Below are positions 48,201-56,000 of a DNA stretch of 64,000 nt, piece after piece. The notes under the pieces were generated by a model that had not been told where the DNA came from, did not search any database, and worked only from the letters and a program-made list of their open reading frames with translations. The position numbers were made by a program, and so were the translations under genes. This DNA is from an uncultured Mycoplasmatota bacterium (GTDB taxonomy: Bacteria; Bacillota_I; Bacilli_A; RF39; UBA660), in NCBI GenBank assembly GCA_946403755.1, contig CAMJBC010000004.1:44157-108156 (forward strand), given 5' to 3'. Numbering within the stretch: position 1 is the stretch's first letter; each line of letters starts with the position of its first letter.

Positions 48201-49250
48201 TGCATAAACCCTTACTATAGTATTCTCATCAGCACGTTGGTCTTTAGTTAAATATCCATATCGTGCATCTGGCATATTAGAGTACTCTTTTGGTGATTCA
48301 TGTCTATCGCCACCCCAATACACATCTCCACCTTCTAAAATTCCTGAAGCTTGAGGTGGAATATTTGGTGCTTCATTTGTAGGTGCTCCAACTGATTGAA
48401 CAGGTCCATCTTTCTGTGGTGTACTTACAACTCCTTGTCCATCTGTTGGATGATTATTTGGATTTTCTCCACTGGCTGGTTGTTCTGCTGTTGCCGCAGG
48501 TGGTTGTGTACTTACAACTCCTTGTCCATCTGTTGGATGATTATTTGGATTTTCTCCACTGGCTGGTTGATCTGCTGTTGCCGCAGGTGGTTGTGTACTT
48601 ACAACTCCTTGCCCATCTGTTGGATGATTATTTGAATTTGTACCACCAATTGGTTGTTCTGCTGGTGTCGCTGTTGGTATACTAGTTTGGTTAGTAACTG
48701 AAGGAGGATCTTGGTGAGCTGGTGCTCCAACTCTAACATAATCAGGTACTTGTGCACTTATTTGTTCCCTCATTTCTGTAGCGCCATAACTTCTTTCTAC
48801 ACCTGCTGTACTTACAGAATAATCTTTAATTGTTCCTCCAGTCATAACACCATTTGCATCATAATTTACAGTCATAACTAAATCATTGCTTGTATGATCA
48901 TAAGTATTAAAAACTCTTCCAGTATCATGATAAAATTGAGTAGTTACAGAGAATGAACCATCTGGGTTAATGTGTTTTACTTCTCTAGCACATACTTCAA
49001 ATCTTAATTGACTTCCATTTGTGTTAAGATCCGCAGAATAAACCGTTACAAACGTATTATCATCTACTTTTTCAGTATGATGATAATGCAATGGCACATT
49101 AGAATATGGATCTATTGGTTCTGTTAAATTTGCTTGCCAACTATTTGCTCCAGTTTGTACTCCATATCCAGGAGGACTTGTGGGCTCTATTACGCCTAAA
49201 TCCCCTTCCATAAATTTAAAAGTTTTATAATTTTTTAACATAGCGATCAC
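45207..49250 (-). CDS. 1347-aa repeat-rich protein without a signal peptide: duplicated N-terminal beta domain, tandem repeats, YD-like beta region, LXG/WXG-like helical module, P/T/E linker, C-terminal TM tail anchor
   Basis: RBS AGGTGA. Paralogue of the 925-aa ORF across aa 720-1112 and in the tail (KTMGIAAGIGLAVGASALGAHTIIKSREDDDEDADYGYEK). Contains a poly-Asp run and three in-frame tandem repeat arrays. Confidence 0.85.
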   Translation of the reverse strand: MIAMLKNYKTFKFMEGDLGVIEPTSPPGYGVQTGANSWQANLTEPIDPYSNVPLHYHHTEKVDDNTFVTVYSADLNTNGSQLRFEVCAREVKHINPDGSFSVTTQFYHDTGRVFNTYDHTSNDLVMTVNYDANGVMTGGTIKDYSVSTAGVERSYGATEMREQISAQVPDYVRVGAPAHQDPPSVTNQTSIPTATPAEQPIGGTNSNNHPTDGQGVVSTQPPAATADQPASGENPNNHPTDGQGVVSTQPPAATAEQPASGENPNNHPTDGQGVVSTPQKDGPVQSVGAPTNEAPNIPPQASGILEGGDVYWGGDRHESPKEYSNMPDARYGYLTKDQRADENTIVRVYARHDSGEVVAREIFYVDPETQQTTVTTQFYHRNDSNGFLGGNMWDNTSNDRVVVSTYDQNGRLVGGTITTYESGSGAPVTRTYNADNFIAALAETDPEYALERDAAVIPAETPVEEVPTEEIPTGEVPTEETPTGEVPTEETPTGEVSTEEVPTGEVSTEENPEGSLAPNTTPKKSDTQDIVRNDGSKATVQTNIYDTPDGELTEKITLEEDGSVSVTRTITTNGVTTTETTQAINLDTENEYKQTTIIKTNDKGEIISEETSVAKGGVTVSTTTVTRDAEGNKTVVTTEDNGHGIVTTQIVYNKDGLIEKYARTVEVKDPVTGKIERRTYYDNETVIEIINEDGVTVEDTKTKPSLSSFSSGYATKDDKTLASNLCFVSDHMQSIKGQIGAHNDLQYTKGSDNEASVVGALYGAANYYGAVTNRLYDNLSAEADAIYGIANLIYQMDECAALLADSTLSQGMTDLYNADNPGMRDQLDRLQAASDALQLSMSQEALNAGGRYDELANTLTQQLEAGKSGKISVDALKAAVSAITPTLDAEIDRAKALSQGVDDFMAGIGAGNLLAGGVWEDVATNLATYKDMLKVSQQSAEFLQEAMQTAMGIIIAYMGDYDSLDDSELEAKEQALKEAETAYNDAEAAYQAALSCVPKAAEVATDGTVISPAVTCPDVGAAKAALDNAKTVFDELTKLVEKLRGLSAVLTEAQNVILDAVNQIKAAYADPVGFVQNNKSFNTLQVDLSAYGLAKGTDFNQIFKDFYDKVKAEAEGQTPPATEGTTGQDEPTTGQDEPTTGNDDDDDDDDDDTYTGPIGGPDTPEPSTTTEPPSTTEPPSEETEPPTEATEPPTEATEPPTEGTEPPTGATEPPTEATEPPTNKPGKKKPGGGGGSNKKPKDPVDENPTLPVETPTEELPIETEPIIEEPSIDEYEEPIIEEPSIDEYDIDIDIPTEPEPVKKNNGIKTMGIAAGIGLAVGASALGAHTIIKSREDDDEDADYGYEK
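45585..45740 (-). repeat. In-frame 21-nt tandem repeat (EPPTEAT units, about 7 copies)
   Basis: Encodes TEPPSTTEPPSEETEPPTEATEPPTEATEPPTEGTEPPTGATEPPTEATEPPT. Confidence 0.85.
47721..47870 (-). repeat. In-frame 30-nt tandem repeat (TPTGEVPTEE units, 5 copies)
   Basis: Encodes TPVEEVPTEEIPTGEVPTEETPTGEVPTEETPTGEVSTEEVPTGEVSTEE. Confidence 0.85.
48417..48656 (-). repeat. In-frame 87-nt tandem repeat (29-aa units, about 2.75 copies)
   Basis: The string gtacttacaactcc recurs at 48421, 48508 and 48595. Encodes ENPNNHPTDGQGVVSTQPPAATA(D/E)QPASG. Confidence 0.9.
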
Positions 49251-49297
49251 CTATTATTCATATTTTTACATTCTATAATTAGTTTAACATATTTTAT

Positions 49298-49330
49298 AAA
49301 AAAACACTAGTGTTTTTTTACACTAGTGTT
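49298..49330 (-). terminator. Rho-independent terminator after valS
   Basis: Two copies of the palindrome ACACTAGTGT separated by an A-run, then a T-run on the minus strand. Confidence 0.7.
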
Positions 49331-51859
49331 CTATTTTAATAACTCTTCTAATTTAGCCTTTTCTTCTTTTAATTTTTCTTTATCCATTTCAACTATATTA
49401 GCAGGAGCTTTATTAACATAATTCTCATTTGAAAGCAATTTTTCTCTTCTTGCGATTGAATCTTGTAAAGCTTTTATTTGGGCTTCTTTAGCTTGCTTAT
49501 CAGCTTCTGTTTCAATTCTTTCAAAGAATATTTGTGCCTTTATTCTATTAGATAATACTTTATATGATTTAATATCTAATGGTTTATCTATTAAACTATC
49601 TTCTAGTTTTAACATTTTAATAATTAAATCATTAATATCTTTAGTTTCAAATAATACTTTCATATCTTTAGTGATATTATTTTCTGCTTTAATATTTCTA
49701 AAGTTTCTAATGAATTCAACTAAATCATCTATTTCAGCTTCTTCATCATTAAATACTAACTTTTTATCAAAAGTTGGATATTCACTAATCATAATAGATT
49801 CTGAATCTTTTATTGGTAACATTGAATAAATTTCTTCTGTTACAAAAGGCATAAATGGATGTAGCATTTTTAATATACCTGTTAATATGAAACATAATGT
49901 TGATTTTGTAGATATAGAATCTAATGAATATTTAGCCATTTCAATATAATAATCACAGAAATAATTCCATGTAAATTCATATATTTCAGATCCTGCTAGA
50001 TTAAATTCATATTTATCCATATGTTTAGTTACTCTTTTAACAACATTTTCATATTTAGTAATAATCCATTTATCTTCAGGTTTTAAGTCTTTTAATTCTA
50101 TTTTTGTAATATCTTCCATATTCATTAATGCAAATCTAGAAGCATTCCATATTTTATTAATGAAATTCCATGTTGAAGATAATTTTACTTCATCAAATCT
50201 TAAGTCTAATCCCATAGATCCATCAGTAGTTAAATAGTATCTTAAAGAATCTGCTCCATATTTATCTACCATATCAAATGGATCTACTCCATTACCTAAT
50301 GATTTAGACATTTTTCTTCCTTGTTTATCTCTAATTAAACCATGAATTACACAATCTTTAAATGGTCTAGCATTAAGAGTATATTCAGTTTGAAAAGCCA
50401 TTCTAGCTACCCAGAAGAATATAATATCATATCCTGTAACTAAACAATCTGTTGGGAAATATCTTTCTAAATCTTTAGTTTTTTCTGGCCAACCTAATGT
50501 TGAGAAAGGCCATAGTGCACTTGAAAACCATGTATCTAATACATCTTCATCTTGTACCCAGCCTTCTCCCTTAGGAGCTTCCATTCCTACATATACTTCA
50601 TCGCCTTTATACCATGCTGGAATTCTGTGCCCCCACCATAATTGTCTTGAAATACACCAATCATGTGATATATCCATCCAGTGTCTTAATACTTTTTCAA
50701 ATCTTTTTGGTACAAAATTAATTTTCTTTTCTTTATCATCTTGAAAATCTAAAACTGTTTTAGCAAGTGGTGCCATTTTAACAAACCATTGTTCTTTAAC
50801 CATTGGTTCTACCATAACACCAGTACGTTCTGAATGACCTACTTCGTGTACTAAAGGTTCTATTTCAAGTAATAATCCTAATTTTTCTAAATCTTTAACT
50901 ACTTTTTCTCTACAATCTTCTCTAGTCATTCCTTCATAACCAGGAGCATTTTCATTCATAGTAGCATCATCATTCATAATAACAATACGTTCTAAATTAT
51001 GTCTTTCTCCTACTTCAAAGTCATTAGGGTCATGTGCTGGAGTTATTTTAACAACACCTGTTCCTTTAGTCATATCGGCATGTTCATCTGTTATAACTGG
51101 TATTGGTTTATTAACAAGTGGAAGAATAACATTCTTTCCTACAAACTTTTTATATCTTTCATCATTTTCATTTACTGCTACTGCTGTATCACCAAATAAT
51201 GTTTCTGGTCTTGTAGTAGCAACATCTAAATATTCTTCTGAATCTTCAAGTTTATATTTAATATGATAGAAAGCACTCTTTTCAGATTTATAAATAACTT
51301 CTTCATTAGAAAGTGCAGTCTGAGCAGCTGGATCCCAGTTTATAATTCTTTCTCCTCTATAGATTAATCCTTTATTATAATAATCTACAAAAATTTTTCT
51401 AACTGCTTTATTTAAATCTTCATCTAAAGTAAATCTTTCTCTTGTATAATCTACAGAAAGTCCAAGTCCTGCCCATTGACTTCTTATACTATCCCCATAT
51501 TCATGAGTCCAATCCCAACAAGCTTTTAAGAAATTTTCTCTTCCATATTCGTATTTATCAATACCTTCATCTTTTAATTTTTTAACAACTTTTGCTTCTG
51601 TTGATATAGCAGCATGGTCCATTCCTGGTAACCATAATGTATCAAAACCTTGCATTCTTTTATATCTTATAATTACATCTTGAATAGCTGTATCATAAGC
51701 ATGACCAATATGTAATTTTCCTGTTACATTTGGTGGTGGTATAACTATACAGAAAGGTGGTTTTTTAGATTGATTATCTGCTTTAAAATAACCTTTTTCT
51801 TTCCATATATCATATTTACCTTTTTCTGTTTCTATATGATTATATTTTTTATCTAACAT
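49331..51859 (-). CDS. valS: Valine--tRNA ligase
   Basis: HIGH-type motif PPPNVTGKLHIGHA, KMSKS motif KMSKSLGN, and a C-terminal coiled coil. 842 aa. Confidence 0.95.
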   Translation of the reverse strand: MLDKKYNHIETEKGKYDIWKEKGYFKADNQSKKPPFCIVIPPPNVTGKLHIGHAYDTAIQDVIIRYKRMQGFDTLWLPGMDHAAISTEAKVVKKLKDEGIDKYEYGRENFLKACWDWTHEYGDSIRSQWAGLGLSVDYTRERFTLDEDLNKAVRKIFVDYYNKGLIYRGERIINWDPAAQTALSNEEVIYKSEKSAFYHIKYKLEDSEEYLDVATTRPETLFGDTAVAVNENDERYKKFVGKNVILPLVNKPIPVITDEHADMTKGTGVVKITPAHDPNDFEVGERHNLERIVIMNDDATMNENAPGYEGMTREDCREKVVKDLEKLGLLLEIEPLVHEVGHSERTGVMVEPMVKEQWFVKMAPLAKTVLDFQDDKEKKINFVPKRFEKVLRHWMDISHDWCISRQLWWGHRIPAWYKGDEVYVGMEAPKGEGWVQDEDVLDTWFSSALWPFSTLGWPEKTKDLERYFPTDCLVTGYDIIFFWVARMAFQTEYTLNARPFKDCVIHGLIRDKQGRKMSKSLGNGVDPFDMVDKYGADSLRYYLTTDGSMGLDLRFDEVKLSSTWNFINKIWNASRFALMNMEDITKIELKDLKPEDKWIITKYENVVKRVTKHMDKYEFNLAGSEIYEFTWNYFCDYYIEMAKYSLDSISTKSTLCFILTGILKMLHPFMPFVTEEIYSMLPIKDSESIMISEYPTFDKKLVFNDEEAEIDDLVEFIRNFRNIKAENNITKDMKVLFETKDINDLIIKMLKLEDSLIDKPLDIKSYKVLSNRIKAQIFFERIETEADKQAKEAQIKALQDSIARREKLLSNENYVNKAPANIVEMDKEKLKEEKAKLEELLK

Positions 51860-52592
51860 TTTTAATCTCTCCTTTTAAATATTTCTTTACCTCATCTACA
51901 TAAGGTTTAAATAATTTTTTATTTTTTAAACTTGCTAACATTTTACCTAAATAATCCTCATTGTAGACTCGTTCTTTACTATAATCATAATTAAGATCAA
52001 AACATAGAGCAAACATTGAAACAATTTTATCATTTTTAGATATTATTTCTTTATTTAATGTTTCTTTATGTTCAAAGAAATCTTCTTTTATTTTAGGATT
52101 AATTTCACTATCATCTTCATTTAATTCAAGTAATCTATTTGTTGAAAAAGCATATAATATATCTACTTTATCAGCATCTCTAACTATATTACAATGTAAT
52201 TTTTCTCTTTCTGTTAATTCATCATAATTAAGATCAAATTTATTGTGATAATATATAGCTTTTTTAACTACTTCATAATCATCTTTATCAATAATATAAT
52301 TCTCTATTTCGCCTTCATCAAATAAAATTTTAACGCCTTCTTCTCCATGATCAAAAGATTCTCTATCGTTAAATGTTTTATATTTAGTCCATTGTCTAAA
52401 TCTAGCTATATCATGTAAAAGTGCTATATTAGATGCTAAATCTCTTTCAACTGTATCTAAATTTAAACTTCTACATATTTCTTCTGCCTGATGAACAACT
52501 CTATATGAATGATTATATTTATATTCAATCATCTTTTCGTTTAAATCATATTGTTGTACATATTTGTCAAATTCATCAAAATTCTCATTCAT
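51849..52592 (-). CDS. HD-domain metal-dependent phosphohydrolase
   Basis: H...LLHDIARF...DADKVD motifs. Preferred start is ATG 52592 (GGAGG 5 nt upstream); the track start is a TTG. Its 3' end overlaps the valS start by 11 nt. Confidence 0.7.
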   Translation of the reverse strand: MNENFDEFDKYVQQYDLNEKMIEYKYNHSYRVVHQAEEICRSLNLDTVERDLASNIALLHDIARFRQWTKYKTFNDRESFDHGEEGVKILFDEGEIENYIIDKDDYEVVKKAIYYHNKFDLNYDELTEREKLHCNIVRDADKVDILYAFSTNRLLELNEDDSEINPKIKEDFFEHKETLNKEIISKNDKIVSMFALCFDLNYDYSKERVYNEDYLGKMLASLKNKKLFKPYVDEVKKYLKGEIKNVR

Positions 52593-52602
52593 TCTTTCCT
52601 CC

Positions 52603-52815
52603 AAAAATAAAAGGTGATACCAAAGGACGAATAAATCGTGGTACCACCTTAATTAAACTCATTTATTTAACGCATAATCACGTAATATCTTACTCTTTTC
52701 AGATATTAAACTCCCAAGCTACCTTCATTTATTTCATTTAAGAAAAGCTCTCACCCGCTGACTTTTCATCTCTCATAAACTACGTAAATTACTCCTCTTG
52801 TTCCTTGTTTGTACA
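52603..52815 (-). promoter_or_regulatory. T-box riboswitch leader controlling the HD-gene/valS operon
   Basis: The minus strand carries the conserved T-box sequence AAGGTGGTACCACG (52637-52650). It also has the competing terminator GGTGGTACC...GGTATCACC followed by TTTTATTTTT, stem-I-like AGAGA/GGTGAGAG elements, and a candidate specifier in GAAGGTAGC (GUA Val, overlapping GGU). Confidence 0.75.
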
Positions 52816-52821
52816 TGTGAA

Positions 52822-52850
52822 AGTATACAATAAATAATATTTTTTGTCAA
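52822..52850 (-). promoter_or_regulatory. Promoter of the T-box/valS transcription unit
   Basis: The minus strand reads TTGACA (52850-52845), a 17-nt spacer, then TATACT (52827-52822). Confidence 0.65.
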
Positions 52851-52863
52851 TAATATTACGTTA

Positions 52864-52944
52864 TTAAGCTTTAGACCAACCTGATGGACAACTTGATTGA
52901 TTATATTTATAACAATATCCATTTGAATAAGTATATTTAAACAT
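52864..52944 (-). CDS. Candidate 26-codon Cys/Tyr-rich mini-ORF (MFKYTYSNGYCYKYNQSSCPSGWSKA)
   Basis: Below the ORF-track size cutoff. ATG 52944 is preceded by GGGAGA with a 5-nt spacer, and the stop is TAA 52866-52864. It lies between the terminator of the 1331-aa gene and the T-box promoter. It shares CPSG[LW]S with the Cys cluster of the 1331-aa protein. Confidence 0.3.
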   Translation of the reverse strand: MFKYTYSNGYCYKYNQSSCPSGWSKA

Positions 52945-52981
52945 AATAATCTCCCAAAAAGATTTTATCATATATTTTTTT

Positions 52982-53011
52982 AAACAAAAAGAGTGATTTT
53001 ATTCACTCTTT
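52982..53011 (-). terminator. Rho-independent terminator after the 1331-aa gene
   Basis: AAGAGTGA-ataaaa-TCACTCTT hairpin followed by TTTGTTT on the minus strand. Confidence 0.65.
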
Positions 53012-53020
53012 TCTCATTTT

Positions 53021-56000
53021 TTAAAATTGAATAGTTCCTGTCATTTCATTACAATTGTCCCAACCAAAGTTTGCATAATGATTATCTCCTTTTATACAAC
53101 CATGATTATCTACAATAGCAGCATATGTATATCTTGTACCTGCTGCTGGTGTATTGAATGTTATATTGCAATAATCATCCCAAGGACCAGGTACATTATT
53201 GGTTTTTGAATCATTAGTATATGGTTTAATTGAACATTCATCTCTTGATGTTACTACATTACCGCTACTATTGTATATTTTTATATACATAAAATTTTCC
53301 CATGCATTATATCCACCTGATTTTCTTACATGTGTATTAAATCTACATGTTGTAGTTCCATTTGAATTAGCAGTACATACTATTGAAGTAATCTGTGCCC
53401 ACAATATTCTCCAACACTTAGTTCTACCAGTTTCGTCAGGTCCACATGATCCAGTTTGAATTTCATTGCTTGAACCGACAGTAATTGTACTAGGTACACA
53501 TTTATTATTACTTATTGTATAACCACTATTACAACTGTTTATTGTACAACCGTCTCCCCAAGTTGCAACATTTGTGCTATTAGAACATGCTGTACATGAT
53601 GCATTATATTGTCCGCTATTAGATAATGTATATCCTGCAGAACAACTTGTTGTATATGTACATGATGCATCATCACTAATTGATAAAGTACATGCCGTAC
53701 TTGATGTACAACTTCTACACCATTTTGCAGTTACTGATGTAGCCGATGTAAAGCTTGTATTACCTGATTTTATTGTACCTCCTTTATCAATAACTCTTGT
53801 TGAACCATTAAAATATCCTGCAAATGTATAATCTGATTTTGTTGGATTTGTGATACCAGTTATACTTGTTGTTGCTCCACTATTTAAATACCATCCTGTA
53901 TTATATTTTTCATAAATAGTATCAGTTCCACCTGATCCACCATCTTTTGCTAATGTAATAGCAATTACATTAGGAGTACAAGATGCTGTGAAGTTAGTTT
54001 GAGTAGGTCCTCCACTAGCTGCTGGTGTATATGTTGATCCAGATGCTTGATTTGATGCTCCACCTGTCCATACACATGTATATCCAGTCTTTGTTACAGT
54101 TGGTAATTTAATTGAAGGAGCTTGCCATGTTGCTGTTAATGTAACGGTTCCAGAACCTGTTCTTAAATTCTTAAAGTATTGATTTGTTGTTGCGGTTCCT
54201 GTCCAAGCAGAACTTGGATTTGTTCCAGTACCAGTTTTTGCTGTTGATGCTAAACCAGCACTTTCGCTTGAAGTCCATCCTTTAAATGTATATGAATGTT
54301 CTGAATTATTTGCAGCAGCACCACTATAACCAATTGTTGCACCTGTACTTCCGGCACTAAATGTAACTTTAACTTTCTTTGTTGGTGCTGAAATTTGTTG
54401 TGCTTCATCAAACTTCCAAGCAGTTGGTGCACTTGATCCGGCTGTACCACCATCTCTGGCATATGCAACTGTATATGAATTCTTTTGCCAATTTACTTGT
54501 AGTGCAACTTCGCAATCACTTGTTTTAGCACTACAGAAATCATTTATATTATATTGTGTATTTTGATTATACTTTTTACTGCTATCATTCTTGTTTGCCC
54601 ATTCCGCACCAGATACAGCAGTATAACCAATTTTAGTTATTTGAATATAGCCACTATTATTATAGTTTGGCAATCCATCTGTTGTAAGAGTTTCATTATA
54701 ATTTCTTACTATAGTTAAAATTGTTCCATTTTTATAAATATATTTATTAGAATCTATTGTCCAGTTATATGTTCCGTTTGAATTAGATGTTGGTGTTTTA
54801 ATTGTTTCACCACTATTTAATACAAATTTGATAGTTGCTTTATTTTGAACACATTGATTATTAACTAGAGAATATCCATTATTACAAGATTTTATTTTAC
54901 AATTATTAGTTACTGTATTATCATTATTCCAAACTGCTATTTCCCATTCTTTTACATTTGCTTTATTTGAACATTCAATATCACAAACCGATTTACCATC
55001 AACAGTATTCGTTAGTCCAGCATTACAAGCTTCACAACTAGTTGCTCCATACATACCTTGGTTAGATTCTTTTATACAAGAAATACAACTAGTTTGATGT
55101 TTTTGATTTTGATATTTTCCAGGTTCACAAGGTTTTGTAGTGTTGTCTCCAGGGCAATAATTACCAGCCTCACATTCTATCCAATAAGCATATAACGTAT
55201 ATGGTGGTGTAGCGCTTGGTAATATAGATCTTATATCACTTTCAGCGATAAATCCTTCTGTTGTCGTCTTAGCATTAATTATTTTGGTTCCTCCACCATT
55301 TACTGCAGTATAATATCCAGCAAATACATATCCAGCTCTTGTTGGAGTTTCAATAGCTGTAGATGCAATACTTGGTGAATCTCCATAGTATGTTACTGAA
55401 TATCCATTTGAGCCTCCGGTTCCTCCTTGTTTATTAAAATTAACATCATATGTTACCCCATCTACACACGAGTTATTATATACATATCCACCTGTACAAG
55501 ATCCTGTGGTATACTTACAACTACTACAGTTATCACAATATGTATCACTACAAGTACCATACACTAAACAACCTCTAAATTGACTATTATAATAATATTG
55601 TGAACAGCATTGATAACTATAATCATAGCAATCACAGCCATAATGACATTCTAATGTATTATATAAGCATGAATCATAGTACCTACATTGTTTGCAAGAA
55701 ATTGATCCTGTAGTTTCAGTTGATAATCCTGATGGACATGGATGTTCTACATTATCTCCGGGGCAAAAGTAGTCTTTAGTACATATTTTCCATTTAGCAT
55801 AAAGTGTTGTATGTGCTGGTTCTTCCCATATTTTTGCTTCACTTCCATCAGCATTATAGTATTGTGTTCCTGCTCCATTTTTTTCAGTAAAGTATCCTTC
55901 AAATATATATCCTTTTCTTTTTGGCCTTACTATTGAAGGTAAATCATGTTCATATAATACTGTTGCTGATGGTGTTCCAGCACCATTTAATTCACCTGAT

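Noticed and set aside
48417-48656. The 87-nt tandem repeat considered as a possible CRISPR or other non-coding array
   Set aside because: The repeats are directly adjacent with no spacers. They are in frame within a 1347-codon ORF and encode a sensible Pro/Thr/Gly-rich linker, and no cas genes are present.
47692-48685. Plus-strand ORFs of 112, 85, 100 and 79 aa inside the 1347-aa gene
   Set aside because: They are antisense frames of the in-frame tandem repeats and are open only because the repeats are stop-poor.
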